Assembly: GCA_002104945.1 (NCBI GenBank)
Contig: MCFH01000003.1
Coordinates: 62,001-126,000, forward strand
Direction of reading: 5' to 3'
From: Piromyces finnis finn
Taxonomy: Eukaryota > Fungi > Neocallimastigomycota
DNA length: 64,000 nucleotides
Under the pieces are notes generated by a model, which was not told where the DNA came from, made no database searches, and saw only the letters and a program-made list of their open reading frames with translations. This document shows, one piece after another, positions 23,331-35,829 of this stretch. The translations under genes were made by a program, and so were the position numbers. Position 1 is the first letter of the stretch. Each line of letters starts with the position of its first letter.

Positions 23331-24067
23331 TGTCAGATAAATTTAGTTTACACTTAAATTTATTTATAAAACTATTTGGGTTTTTTTTATAATCTTTTAT
23401 TTATTTATATTTATTTTATAATATAAATATTGTAACTTTCTTAAAATCTTTTTATTAAAAATAACCAAAGAATAAAAATGTAGTACAATATTAATTTATA
23501 ATTTTATAAAATACAAATACATAAAAAATACATAAAATATTATTTTGGAATGTATTTTATTTTCACAAAATCAAATATTTTATAAATTTATATATTTGAT
23601 TGGGTTAAATTATAAAAATAATTTTTAATATAAAGAATAATAATATTTTTTAGTAGAAAATAAGAAGACTTAGATTACTAATAATAAGTTAAATTTTAAT
23701 AATAGTTAATATAATTAATTAGTGAATACATAATAATATTTAAAAGACAAAAATAAGTTTTTATATAATAAAAATTATTGTTAAAAAGAGCGTAAGAACA
23801 ATAAATAAAAGAAAATATAAAAACGAAATTAAACTTGTCTAATTTGTAATTATTGTGTTAATAATAAATAATATTTTATAGAATAAATCTGGTGTTATTA
23901 TTCTATATAAATATTATTAAAATAATAAAACTATTAAAATTATAAAATAACTTAAAATAAATTAATAAAACTAGTAGATATTGTTAAAGCTCGTACAATA
24001 GCTGTCGAGATAAAACAATATAAGATAACAGAAGAAGTAGTTAAAAAGTTATAATATAACTACCAAT

Positions 24068-24176
24068 TGTAAAATATTTAATTTAAATCTAACCTTTAAA
24101 TTAAATTATTGGATTTAGGTCTGTGCTAACAAAACAACAATACAAAACAAAAAAAAATTCCAATTTATTTTTTAAT

Positions 24177-24207
<31 letters not shown>

Positions 24208-24881
24208 TTTATATAATAAATTTATCTTCGAAACTATGACAACTGCTGATTACTTTACCACGAAGGTTATTTAACTAGAGCCTTCGCTAGGTAATCAGTT
24301 TTTAATTAAATAAAAAATGTTTTATTATAAACTTTATTAATAATCTAATATTATTAATACTAATTATACAATTGTAATTAATTACTATTTTCCAACTATC
24401 GTTTCAATAGTTGAGAAATTTTCTTTATTTATACTTTTTAAATAAATTGAATTAATTCTAATATACATGTTTTAATATTATAATTTTACATTGTTTACAT
24501 TTATACATTTATTAAAAGAAATTATTTGTATTAAACTATTTAAATTCAATTTATTTACTAAAGAATTTTCTAAGCTTAAAATAAAGTTTTGATTTATTTA
24601 CTATATGGTTGATTATATTTCAAACATATATTTAATTTATTTATTTCTAATTTTGAGGCTTAGTTTATAAAAAAAATTTTTTTTTTCTTATCTCAAATAT
24701 TTATTGGTTAAAAATTATTTAATTTTAAAATTTTATTTTATCATCAAAACTTTATCTTATCATAAAATTAAATTTACATAAATTTATGTTAATGTATTGT
24801 GATGTAAATTTTTGTAAAATTTACGGTACATTAATTCAATACATTATACATTGTTCTACATACGTATTAAATACATTATTT
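24068..24881. repeat. I-family solo LTR I1 (main part); remainder inverted at 55773-55791 and 62157-62175
   Basis: TGTAAAATATT terminus; homologous to 48954-49727; TSD CCAAT. Confidence 0.8.
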
Positions 24882-26009
24882 TGTTACGTTTTTGGGTTTG
24901 GTTATACGGCCAGGTCAGAATGTTATTAATTATATAGTAAAAATGTTTTTTAAGAAATTAAATTTAATTATAAAATAACACCTTAAACTCCCAAATGAAA
25001 AATGAAAAATTTATATTTACTTTAAAATAATTTTTTATAAATTTTTTATTTATTTAATAATAATAATATAAATGATATTATAAGTAACTATATAATTAAG
25101 ATTATAACTATAATCTTTACAAAGAATTAAAATCGAATTCAATTCATTCTCTTTTATATTCTTTGTTCAGATTATTAAATTGATATTAATAAGAATAAAG
25201 TATTACATGTAATATATTAGTAATATAATTAAATAAGTAATAAGATTGTTTGTTTGTTTGTTTGTCATGACATAAAATAAAATAAACATATGATTAATCA
25301 TTTAAACAGTTGATCCTAATTAGTAATTATAAAAACTATTCAATTAATAATTCATCATTATTAATTGATATTACCATAACATATTTGTTATAATTAAATA
25401 ATTATTATTTTCAAAATTATTTCTAATAAAACTTGCCGTTAACCTATTTTATAATAATTAAGATTATTTAATTTATAGGTGTTAACTGTTACACCTAAAT
25501 GGGTCTAGTTCTATTTTTAGTAACAATCGTTATCATTAATTAAATTAATATAACTAAAATTCCTATTGATATATTTTTAATTTCATCAAGTCATAAGAAA
25601 TATTTATGATCCATACTTGATATCATATTGATTTTAATTTACCTAATAAAATCTTTAAATGATCATAACTTCCTTAAATGATCAGTTAGAAGGACCGCGA
25701 TTGTACCAAATTGTAGCTTTCTTCCTAAGCTTTCCAATAAACCTAGTTTCATCACCGTAGCACTTACAGCCGTAGCGATCGTTTTTGGCGAGTTACACCT
25801 TATTTCGTACTTGCTTATTTTTGGTTAAGGGTTATAGTGTATTGATATTAAATTTTTGAAATCATAACCCTTTCACTGAATCAAAATTTAAAAGGTGACT
25901 TTTAAAAGTGTTTTAAAATAATTATTGAAATTATTTAATTATAATTATTATGTTTAATTAATTATAGATATTATCTGAATTTGTTTTCAATCCAGTTAAT
26001 ATCTTCACA
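24882..26009 (-). repeat. Solo LTR J1 (1128 bp), left inversion breakpoint
   Basis: TGTTA...TTCACA termini; inverted copy of 62176-63303; flanks TATTT and TAACA do not match each other. Confidence 0.9.
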
Positions 26010-26048
26010 TAACAGAAGAAGTAGTTAAAAAGTTATAATATAACTACC
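26010..26048. repeat. D-family LTR D2, middle fragment (other parts at 63304-63877 inverted and 34545-34556)
   Basis: Matches D sequence TAACAGAAGAAGTAGTTAAAAAGTTATAATATAACTACC. Confidence 0.75.
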
Positions 26049-28779
26049 TGTAAAATATTTTAAACTAAGTTCAGGTTTGTATACACTAACTAAACTAAAC
26101 ACTAGTTATAAATTTATTAATTATTAAACTTTTTATTTATTAAATTATATTAAACTAAACTAAACTAAAACAACCGTTAATTACTTTACCGTGAAGGTTA
26201 TTTCACCAGAGCCCTCACTAGGTAATCAATTATTAACTAATTAAATTAAAACTAATCATCTAAACTAACTATATAACTAAACTATACGATTTTCCAACTA
26301 TCGTTTCAATAGTTGAAAAATTTTCTTTATTTATACTTTTTAAATAAATTGAATAAATTCTAATATACATGTTTTAATATTATAATTTTACATTGTTTAC
26401 ATTTATGCATTTATTAAAAGAATTTATTTGTATTAAACTATTTAAATTCAATTTATTTACTAAAGAATTTTCTAAACTTAAAATAAAGTTTTGATTTATT
26501 TACTATATGGTTGATTATATTTCAAACATATATTTAATTTATTTATTTCTAATTTTGAGGCTTAGTTTATAAAAAAAATTTTTTCTTATCTAAAATATTT
26601 ATTGGTTAAAAATTATTTAATTTAAAAAATTTATTTTATCATCAAAAACTTTATCTTATCATAAAATTAAATTTACATAAATTTATGTTAATGTATTGTA
26701 ATACATTATTTTATCGTAACTTTAGATTTCACATAGATTTATGTTAATGTATTGTGATATAAATTTTGTAAAGATTTACGGTACATTAATTCAATTCATT
26801 GTACATTATTTTAAATACGTATTAATGTAAAAGTTTTACTAAACTTATAATTTAATATTAAAATATTAAATTAAATAAAAGGTTAAAAGATAACTAGGTT
26901 AGAAAAAAAAATGTTTTATTAAAATAATCTTAATTGATTTATAAATGAATAATTATATTATGTATTATAGTTAAAATAATTCCTTTTTATTTTATTTAAA
27001 GAATATATATAATAATAAGATTATTTAATAGTAATACTTATTAAGTATTAATAAGATAATAATCTTTACAAAGATTTAATTCATAAAACTATTCTAAACT
27101 ATTTATACTATTTGTAATTTTACATTTAATAATAAAATAACTTTTCAATACATGATTATATTCATAATATATTTTATAATACTTAAACTAAACTTAAGAC
27201 TTATTCCTAATTATTAAAAAATAACTATTGTTTATAATATTCATAATATTAATTATTTCTTAATTATAATATAATTCATTGAATATAATATTAATAATTA
27301 TAATCCTCTAGTTCAAAGATTATAAATTATGTTATTGAAATAATTATTATAAAATAAAGTTAATTAGTTCCGGAAAATAATTTTAATTTAATTAAACAAT
27401 AATTTTTATACTTTGAGTGAATGATTTATGTTTGATATATCAGGGGTGATCATTCTCTGAATAAACAATTAATCATTGCTAACAAAATATCTTTAAATTG
27501 GAATATCTCGTGAACCAGCAGAGATATTGACCTGATTTTTAGATATGTTGTTTGTCTCGAGCGTGGCTTTCTAACGAACGTAATTATAACCAAAACATTT
27601 TTATTCAAAAATCGTCATTCGTTGAGGAGATACGCGTGTTTTTTCTTATTCCATTTTAACGATAAGGGTTAAAGTTATTTATTATAAAAATTATTAAGGG
27701 TTAAGGTCATATTTTAACCTTTTCTAAATTTTTAAATATTTCTTAATAAAATTTTATAATTTATTTGAAAATAAAATATTTGTTGATTTTGAATTTTCAT
27801 AAGTGATTTCACAATTCCAAGTGATCTTGAAATTGTAATTTCACTAGTATTCGTGACATCGCTCCGCCAAAAAAAATCGAATACCAGGCGATTGAAATAA
27901 TATAAAATAAAGTTGTATAATAAAGTATAATTGAAATAAATTGAAGTAGTATATATTAAATATAAACCAATATATAGTTGTATGTGTAACATGAAATAAA
28001 ATGGTAACTAAATAAAGAATATATTTAATATAATATGTTGAATATATTGCAATATATGAAATAAAATTAAAAAACATTTTCTTGTGTAACATTCAGTCAA
28101 ATTCATAAAATTTTTGAAAGAAATGTTGAAATTTAAATTGATCATTGAGTGAAAAAATTGAAATTCGTACGAAAAATTAAAATTTGAATAAGAAATATTA
28201 TTCCTAGGATATTGAAACACTTTTTATTTTTGAAAAATGTTAACATTTGCTAAAATAATTGAAATTTCAAAAATTGATCAAATAAACTTTAATTAATATG
28301 ATTTTGAAAAAAAAAAATTTTTGAAATTTTTGAAAAATTTTTAATAATAAAAAATTTTTTCATTAAATACAAAAAAAAATTTTGAACTAAACTTTTGAAA
28401 AAATGTCACTGAAAGAATATTGATTTTAATGATCGATCGAGATAGTGACAATATTGAAATTGATACTATTGAATAGAGAATAAAATAAGCATTAACAACA
28501 TATAAATATTTGTAATTGTACTGCTAAAATAAATTGAAAATTATTCTCTTTAAATATTTAATTTTCATTATAAAAATTTTGTGTTTTAAATTAAATAAAT
28601 TGATAAAATTGTTGGATCAAAAATTATTGAATTGAAATTTAACATTCATAGAAAAAATTTTTGAAATTTGTGTTGAAATGTATTAGATGAGTAATACAAA
28701 TTATAATAAAACATAATGTTAGTGAAAGATATTAATAAATTTTTAAAAAAATAAAATTGTTGAAATGCAATTTAAAGAA

Positions 28780-31700
28780 TTAGATTTTGTGTTTTCTAAT
28801 ACTTTTATTGAATTGAATTAATAATTCTTGATATCTTGGGTTACTTTCTATTACTGTAGCAGGAACCCAGTGCCAACTTAGGCGGTGTTTATAACGAATT
28901 TTATATTCGTAGCGTTTTTCTTTATAATTTGTCCTAAAGTCACCAATTTCTATAATTTCTGCATTAGTTTCTTTATATTTAAATCTATTTTTAAATTTAT
29001 CTGGCGTAGATACATAAGGTTCAAGTTCCGATATGTGAAATACAGGGTGGTGTTTTGGAAAAGGTGATTTTGAAATATCTATTTTATAATTACCATTGTT
29101 TAAAACTTCTAAAACCTTGTAAGGACCATACTTACGAGGCGCTAGTTTGGCATTTTCAGTAGTAGCAAAAGCAGGAGGTGCATGAATCCAAACTTTTTGT
29201 CCTTCATTCAATTCAGGAGCAATAATTCTTTTCTTATCGGCAGCTCTTTTGTATAAATCTTGAGATCTAAGCAAAACATCTTTAACTAAAAGGAAATTTT
29301 TACTAACATCTTTAATGTATTTAAAGTTTGAATCAGAACCTTGAAACAAAAAGACATCATCCATAGGTGGGTGGAATCCATAATTAATGAAAAATGGAGT
29401 TTGTTTTGTAGATTCATGAACTGTATTATTATAAACAAATTCAGCTAGATGTAACCATTCAATCCAGTCATCGTGGAAAAATGTTCTTGAATAGCAACGT
29501 AAATATTGTTCAATGAAAGAGTTACAACGTTCTACTTGACCAACGGTCTCATGGTGATCTGTGGTAGCTATTTTTGGCTTAACACGCAATTTTTCCATAA
29601 TTTCTATCCATAAAGCACTAGTAAATTGTGTTCCTCTGTCCGTATAAATATCTGTAGGTAGTCCATGGAGTTTAAAAATATTTTTTAGGAAAGCTTTGGC
29701 AGTTTCTTCAGCTGTAGGTATTTCTTTGAACGGAATAAGGTGAATCATTTTTGAAAAGCGATCTACAACAACCATTATAACGGAAAACTTTTTTGATTCA
29801 GGGAGACCACAAAGAAAATCGATTTCAATAGATTTCCAAGGGCGATCAGGAATTTCTAAAGGTCTTAAAAGATCATATCTTTTATGTCTATTAACTTTAT
29901 TTCTGGAACATTGTTCGCAAGAATTGACAAAATTTACGATATCTTGATGCATTTTGGGCCACCAAAAATTACGGTTAATTAGTTCTTCAGTTCTTCGAAT
30001 ACCTAAATGTCCAGCAGTAGCGTTATCATGGTACCTGGTTAAAATATCTACATGAAGTTTTTCTGGTACATAAATTAAATTATTATATAAAATTAAATTA
30101 TTTTTTATTTTAAATTTTTCCATTTTTCTGAAAGGTCTGTAAAAGTAACCTTGATTAGCATTATTAGGACTAAAGTAAAGATAAATATTATTCGCATTTT
30201 CATCATCCTTATAATTTTCTATTATTTGATCAATGAGAGAACCAACAATACCAACAAAACATGGAGTATCGGGAACGTTTTTATAATCTAATATATGTTC
30301 TGGTTTAGGTTCAACATTATTTTTCTCGTAATCAGGTCTTCTTGATAAACTATCAGGTTTACCATTTTTTCTTCCTTGGCGGTATATTAATTGAAAATTA
30401 TATTCTTGGAAAAATAAATGCCAACGATGTTGACGTTGGTTTCCGACTTTACCACCTAAGGTGTATAGAAGGTTTTTATGGTCAGTAAAAACGGTTACTT
30501 GGTATTTAGCACCTAGTAATAAATGTCTCCAGGTAGAAAATGCACATTTTATAGCTAAAAGTTCCTTTTCAGTAATTGAATAATTTAATTCAGCATTGTT
30601 TAAACATCTTGAATAATATGCTACAGGATGTAATTTGTTATCTTCATCCTTTTGAGAAAGTATACAACCAATGGCAAAATTACTAGCATCGCATTCGACA
30701 ATAAATGGTTTGGTTGGATCTGGATGTAATAAAATAGGTGAAGAGATTAGTCTCTTTTTTAATTCTAAAAATGAGTTATTACATTTATCATTCCAATTAA
30801 AACTAGTATTTTTCTTTGTTAAATTGTGAAGCGGTTTAGCAATAGTAGCAAAATCTTTTATAAATCTTCTATAATAGTTGCATAATCCAACAAAGCGTTG
30901 AACATCTTTTACACAATTAGGTGTAGGCCATTCTTGGACAGATTTAATTTTCTTTGGATCAGTAGATATACCATTGCCTGATATAACGTGTCCTAAAAAT
31001 TCAACTTCTTGCTTGTGAAATTCACATTTCTTTAATTTAGCAAATAAATTATTTTTGAGCAATGTTTGGAGAACAGTACGAACATGTTGTATATGTTCAT
31101 CTAATGTTTCCGAGTAAATCAGAATATCATCTAAATATAAAATAACAAATTTTTCTAAATAAGGGCGTAATACTGAATTAATAAATGATTGAAATGTAGC
31201 AGGGGCATTTCTTAAACCAAAAGGCATTACTAAATATTCATAGTGACCATATTTAGTTCTAAAAGCTGTCTTATATTCGTCTCCTTCACGAATACGCACT
31301 AAATTGTAAGCAGAACGAAGATCTAATTTTGAAAAGAATTTAGCACCTTTCACTCTTTCGATAATATCAGTAATTAGAGGAAGTGGGTAAGAATTGCGAA
31401 TTGTAACTGCATTTAATTTTTTGTAATCAATACAAAGACGTAACGATCCATCCTTCTTTTTCTGAAATAAAACAGGATAACCAGCTGGAGATTCAGATGG
31501 TCTAATGAATCCTTTCTTGAGATTTTCATCTATGTATTCTTTAAGAACTTGGGATTCATCTTCAGATAGAGGATATATAGGACCATAATGTAAAGAAGCA
31601 TCTTTTTGTAAAACGATTTTACAATCCGTTAGCCTATGTGGTGGTAGTTTATCAGCCTTAACCTTGCTGAAAACTTCCGCTAAATCACGATATGGTTCTG

Positions 31701-32505
31701 GTACTTCTTCTAATTTGAAGTCTTCTTCATTATCATCTTCATCATCAGTATTATAATCTTTTTCACTATTAGCTAAAAATGAGTGAATAAAGTAATTATA
31801 GCTGAAATTTTGATATTTTGGTTTAGAGTAATTTTTCAAATTATTAAAAGATGTATTGGAAGTTAATTTATTATGATTAATGTTTTTAATTTTTAAATTT
31901 TTGGATTTATTCAATCGGTTTTTATTAATTTTATATATAATTTTATTAGAATTTAATTTTTTAAAATTGTTAAAATTTAAACTTGAATATACAAAATTTT
32001 TATTATAATTAAAATGTAGTTGATATTTGTGTAAAAATTTATTGCCTAATAACAAATCTGTTGGAAGATTTTTAATAATTAGAAATTTTTCTTTAAAAGT
32101 AATTAAAAATTTTGAATGATTATTATAGATAGTAGTCTTAAAATATAAGAAGGTGTATGTATCAATAAATATTGAACCACTAATTCCATTTATTTCAATT
32201 GAGTGTAATAATTTGTGTGGTTTTAGTTTTAATTTATTGACCAAGTTGATTGAAATAAAGTTGCAATATGAGCCACTATCTAAAATTAAATTGTATTGAT
32301 TTTTATTAATTGAATTTTTTAAATCATAAAGTTTGTTTAATTTAATTGGGATAAAAAATTTTAAGTTGAAAAATGTTGTAGGCAATTTTTTATTTATTTT
32401 AGAGTCATATGTAGGAAAGTTGTAATGTATTATTTTTGTATTATGAACTCTCTTAGACTCTCTTGAGAGTTCATTTCTTAGTTTTTTGAGTTCATTTTTT
32501 GAACT
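28780..32505 (-). CDS. pol: Pol of K (PR-RT-RH-IN plus chromodomain-like C-terminus), probably expressed by -1 frameshift
   Basis: LILDSGS, YLDDI, VECDASNFAIG, HHCC/DDE, GPY, then YEYKIRY...WHWVP. ORF track gives 28780-32385; the frame stays open up to 32505, overlapping gag. Confidence 0.92.
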   Translation of the reverse strand, partial: SSKNELKKLRNELSRESKRVHNTKIIHYNFPTYDSKINKKLPTTFFNLKFFIPIKLNKLYDLKNSINKNQYNLILDSGSYCNFISINLVNKLKLKPHKLLHSIEINGISGSIFIDTYTFLYFKTTIYNNHSKFLITFKEKFLIIKNLPTDLLLGNKFLHKYQLHFNYNKNFVYSSLNFNNFKKLNSNKIIYKINKNRLNKSKNLKIKNINHNKLTSNTSFNNLKNYSKPKYQNFSYNYFIHSFLANSEKDYNTDDEDDNEEDFKLEEVPEPYRDLAEVFSKVKADKLPPHRLTDCKIVLQKDASLHYGPIYPLSEDESQVLKEYIDENLKKGFIRPSESPAGYPVLFQKKKDGSLRLCIDYKKLNAVTIRNSYPLPLITDIIERVKGAKFFSKLDLRSAYNLVRIREGDEYKTAFRTKYGHYEYLVMPFGLRNAPATFQSFINSVLRPYLEKFVILYLDDILIYSETLDEHIQHVRTVLQTLLKNNLFAKLKKCEFHKQEVEFLGHVISGNGISTDPKKIKSVQEWPTPNCVKDVQRFVGLCNYYRRFIKDFATIAKPLHNLTKKNTSFNWNDKCNNSFLELKKRLISSPILLHPDPTKPFIVECDASNFAIGCILSQKDEDNKLHPVAYYSRCLNNAELNYSITEKELLAIKCAFSTWRHLLLGAKYQVTVFTDHKNLLYTLGGKVGNQRQHRWHLFFQEYNFQLIYRQGRKNGKPDSLSRRPDYEKNNVEPKPEHILDYKNVPDTPCFVGIVGSLIDQIIENYKDDENANNIYLYFSPNNANQGYFYRPFRKMEKFKIKNNLILYNNLIYVPEKLHVDILTRYHDNATAGHLGIRRTEELINRNFWWPKMHQDIVNFVNSCEQCSRNKVNRHKRYDLLRPLEIPDRPWKSIEIDFLCGLPESKKFSVIMVVVDRFSKMIHLIPFKEIPTAEETAKAFLKNIFKLHGLPTDIYTDRGTQFTSALWIEIMEKLRVKPKIATTDHHETVGQVERCNSFIEQYLRCYSRTFFHDDWIEWLHLAEFVYNNTVHESTKQTPFFINYGFHPPMDDVFLFQGSDSNFKYIKDVSKNFLLVKDVLLRSQDLYKRAADKKRIIAPELNEGQKVWIHAPPAFATTENAKLAPRKYGPYKVLEVLNNGNYKIDISKSPFPKHHPVFHISELEPYVSTPDKFKNRFKYKETNAEIIEIGDFRTNYKEKRYEYKIRYKHRLSWHWVPATVIESNPRYQELLIQFNKSIRKHKI

Positions 32506-33389
32506 TTATTGACATAATTATTATTATTGTTTGAATTTTGATAATGGGTTTTATTCTTATTGAATTTCCTATTGTTTCTCTTATTGTAATGTTGATTTTT
32601 ATTATTATTATTATTGATATTTAATTTATTATTAGTAGCAAGAGAATTTTCAAAAATTATACACTTTGTAACCATTTCACTTAAAGTGTTAGGTAAAATA
32701 TCAGCTTTCTTAATTTCATTCTTATATTTTGGATGTAAACCATTTAAAAATATTAGTGAAAGACTAATGTCATCTATCTCTAAACAACGACTTAAATCTC
32801 TAAATTTGTTAATATAATCGTTCACTTTTCCATAAGCTTGTCTTAATTCTATTAATTGAATCATGGCTAATTTGGTACTGGTAACATTTGAAAAAGCTTT
32901 GTTTAATTCACTTAATAGTTCGTTCATAGTCATAGGAGTAATACCATCTTTATATTTAATATGATACCAAGTTCTGGCAGAATCACGTAATCTAACAACA
33001 ACAAAGTTAATTTTTACTTCTTCAGATAGTTGATTGTTAGGTGGAGTTTTAAAGGTAGCTTGGCAGAGTTCGCAGAATAACTCAGTCTGAGTAGTATCAC
33101 CAGTAAAGAATCCTGGATCTGGTACTTGTTTGATAGGATAGGTTCTATTACGCATTATAACATCATGATCTTCATCATAATCAGTAGAAGATTCCTCGGT
33201 TTCAGTATAATTAGCACGACTCTTAAGTTCCTTTAACATAGCATCCATACGTTCTAACAAGGAGGTGGTATTTTTATCCAATTGTTGAGTGATATACTTG
33301 TCTAATTCACCACAAAGATTTTTCTTAAATTCTTCTAAATCTTGAGGCTTTAGGAATTGTTGAACTGGTTTAGGTGTTGGTTGAGTCAT
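32478..33389 (-). CDS. gag: Gag of K
   Basis: 303-aa ORF 5' of pol with PDPGFFTG and RLRDSARTWY retrotransposon-gag-like motifs. Confidence 0.88.
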   Translation of the reverse strand: MTQPTPKPVQQFLKPQDLEEFKKNLCGELDKYITQQLDKNTTSLLERMDAMLKELKSRANYTETEESSTDYDEDHDVIMRNRTYPIKQVPDPGFFTGDTTQTELFCELCQATFKTPPNNQLSEEVKINFVVVRLRDSARTWYHIKYKDGITPMTMNELLSELNKAFSNVTSTKLAMIQLIELRQAYGKVNDYINKFRDLSRCLEIDDISLSLIFLNGLHPKYKNEIKKADILPNTLSEMVTKCIIFENSLATNNKLNINNNNNKNQHYNKRNNRKFNKNKTHYQNSNNNNNYVNKVQKMNSKN

Positions 33390-33459
33390 TTTTTTTTTTT
33401 TTTTTTTTTTTAATTTTTAAATTAAGTTTTTTCCTAAGGTAGTTATGGTAAAAAACGCG

Positions 33460-33470
33460 GTAAAGATTAT
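33460..33470 (-). other. Self-priming PBS of K
   Basis: Minus-strand ATAATCTTTAC is complementary to the LTR at 33704-33714, 30 nt from a minus-strand TATAAATA (33745-33752). Confidence 0.8.
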
Positions 33471-34570
33471 TGTAAAAGTTTTACTAAACTTATAATTTAA
33501 TATTAAAATATTAAATTAAATAAAAGGTTAAAAGATAACTAGGTTAGAAAAAAAAATGTTTTATTAAAATAATCTTAATTGATTTATAAATGAATAATTA
33601 TATTATGTATTATAGTTAAAATAATTCCTTTTTATTTTATTTAAAGAATATATATAATAATAAGATTATTTAATAGTAATACTTATTAAGTATTAATAAG
33701 ATAATAATCTTTACAAAGATTTAATTCATAAAACTATTCTAAACTATTTATACTATTTGTAATTTTACATTTAATAATAAAATAACTTTTCAATACATGA
33801 TTATATTCATAATATATTTTATAATACTTAAACTAAACTTAAGACTTATTCCTAATTATTAAAAAATAACTATTGTTTATAATATTCATAATATTAATTA
33901 TTTCTTAATTATAATATAATTCATTGAATATAATATTAATAATTATAATCCTCTAGTTCAAAGATTATAAATTATGTTATTGAAATAATTATTATAAAAT
34001 AAAGTTAATTAGTTCCGGAAAATAATTTTAATTTAATTAAACAATAATTTTTATACTTTGAGTGAATGATTTATGTTTGATATATCAGGGGTGATCATTC
34101 TCTGAATAAACAATTAATCATTGCTAACAAAATATCTTTAAATTGGAATATCTCGTGAACCAGCAGAGATATTGACCTGATTTTTAGATATGTTGTTTGT
34201 CTCGAGCGTGGCTTTCTAACGAACGTAATTATAACCAAAACATTTTTATTCAAAAATCGTCATTCGTTGAGGAGATACGCGTGTTTTTTCTTATTCCATT
34301 TTAACGATAAGGGTTAAAGTTATTTATTATAAAAATTATTAAGGGTTAAGGTCATATTTTAACCTTTTCTAAATTTTTAAATATTTCTTAATAAAATTTT
34401 ATAATTTATTTGAAAATAAAATATTTGTTGATTTTGAATTTTCATAAGTGATTTCACAATTCCAAGTGATCTTGAAATTGTAATTTCACTAGTATTCGTG
34501 ACAATTAAATACATTATTCTATTAATACAATATTTTACACTACCAATCCGTTATCGAAAATGAAATAACT

Positions 34571-34642
34571 GGGGATATAACTCAGTGGTAGAGTGCTTGC
34601 TTTGCATGCAAGAAGCCTCGGGTTCGATCCCCGATATCTCCA
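34571..34642 (+). tRNA. tRNA-Ala (TGC)
   Basis: Cloverleaf with GGGGATA/TATCTCC acceptor and G3:U70 pair, CTTGC-TTTGCAT-GCAAG anticodon arm, GGTTCGATCC T-arm; T-runs downstream; no encoded CCA. Confidence 0.97.
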
Positions 34643-34906
34643 TATGATTTTACTTTTTATTAATAGTATATTTCTAAAGTTATTAAATTGGTAAAGAAAT
34701 TTTCGTTTTACTGTTTTATAATTTTTAATTAAACTTTTTTCATTAACAAAATATTTTCTGTATAATGTTCTTATTTACTTTAATAAAAACTTCTTTTCTA
34801 ATATTTTATATAAATTTTATTTCTACTTTGCAGCTAACAATATTAAATTATATATATCTTAATAATTTAAAATAATAATAAGAAAAATCTCTTACTATAA
34901 AATTAA

Positions 34907-34978
34907 TGCCTATTGACGGAATTGAACCACCGACCTTCGCTTTACAAGAGCGACGCTCTACCACTAAGCCAAACAGGC
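34907..34978 (-). tRNA. tRNA-Thr (TGT)
   Basis: Minus strand GCCTGTT...AATAGGCA, TCGCT-CTTGTAA-AGCGA anticodon arm, GGTTCAATTCC T-arm; T-runs downstream. Confidence 0.95.
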
Positions 34979-35818
34979 ATTACATTTTTTTTGTGTAAGA
35001 ATTAATAATTATTTATTGAATAATTATTAATTCTTATTTAATTATTTTTTTAATTATTAAATTAATTAATTATTTAAATTATTAGCATACATTCATTTAA
35101 ATTACTATAAACAGTTATTTATATTAATATTAATTATTCATTTACTAAATGTAAAATTTATTTAATTATTATATTAATTAATTATTTATTTAATTTAGTA
35201 ATTTATCTAAAATAATAGTAAACATTCATTTATTCTATTATTTAATAATTTTTGTATTACATTTTATAAGAAACATTATGTATTTTATTTTACGTTTGTA
35301 TTTTATATTTATGTATCGTATCTTGAAATAACTTATAGAAACAACTAGAAGATATAAATAAATATTAGGGCAATCGGATATTAAGGTTTTTCCGAATTTT
35401 ATTCGGTTTTACTTAATATTACGATGATTGATATATTAGTTATCAATCGAATATCTTTTTAGGTTTTTCTTCTAGTCTTTTCCTAAAAAGATTATTTGTT
35501 AAGATTAGAAATTTTTTATTAAACTTTAAATTATTAAAAAATTATAAATAAAAGAACTCTGGAATACCACTTAAAAATCCAGAGTTATTATTATAAGAAC
35601 TATTATAATAAATAACCTTTATTAAAACAATATTAATAAAATATTTTAAATTAATTAACATTAAAAGTTTTGTGTTGTTTATTATACTTCCTTATAATAA
35701 ACTCTTATTAAGATAAGTATAAAATTTTATTTTAACTTCTCAGTTTAATAATACTAATTATTATTAAATTGAAGATAATAATTATTATTATATAATACAT
35801 ATAATAATAATTATTACA

Positions 35819-35829
35819 ATAATAACTCT
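35819..35829 (+). other. Self-priming PBS of B
   Basis: ATAATAACTCT is complementary to AGAGTTATTAT (35581-35591), 30 nt downstream of TATAAATA (35543-35550). Confidence 0.82.

Larger units (their letters stand above)
10641..23567 (-). mobile_element. Ty1/copia LTR retrotransposon interrupted by element Q
   Basis: 237-bp direct-repeat LTRs at 10641-10877 and 23331-23567; TSD AAATC; PPT (minus strand) TTTGGGGGAG at 10878-10887; domain order gag-PR-IN-RT-RH. Confidence 0.96.
10524..24067. repeat. D-family solo LTR D1 (10524-10640 and 23573-24067), split by the copia element; its last bases lie at 55759-55772 after the inversion
   Basis: Matches intact D at 48303-48934 once the copia is removed; CCAAT TSD of LTR I1 at 24063-24067 is paired with ATTGG at 55768-55772. 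Confidence 0.85.
26826..34503 (-). mobile_element. Full-length Ty3/gypsy chromovirus-like element K
   Basis: 1033-bp LTRs at 26826-27858 and 33471-34503; TSD ATTAA; gag and pol in different frames; about 0.9 kb non-coding 3' region. Confidence 0.96.
26049..34539. repeat. I-family solo LTR I2 (26049-26825 and 34509-34539), split by element K
   Basis: TGTAAAATATT...AATATTTTACA termini; TSD CTACC at 26044-26048 and 34540-34544. Confidence 0.85.

Noticed and set aside
24180-24202. Poly(T) runs (also about 33389-33411 and 61114-61146) as retroposed poly(A) tails
   Set aside because: They lie inside LTRs or leaders without their own TSDs; homopolymers are common in this genome.
27859-28779. Extra (env-like) gene between K pol and its 3' LTR
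   Set aside because: Only short low-complexity ORFs; no long frame or credible transmembrane protein.
34643-34906. Additional RNA gene between the two tRNAs
   Set aside because: AT-rich sequence with terminator T-runs and no recognisable box A/B or conserved structure.
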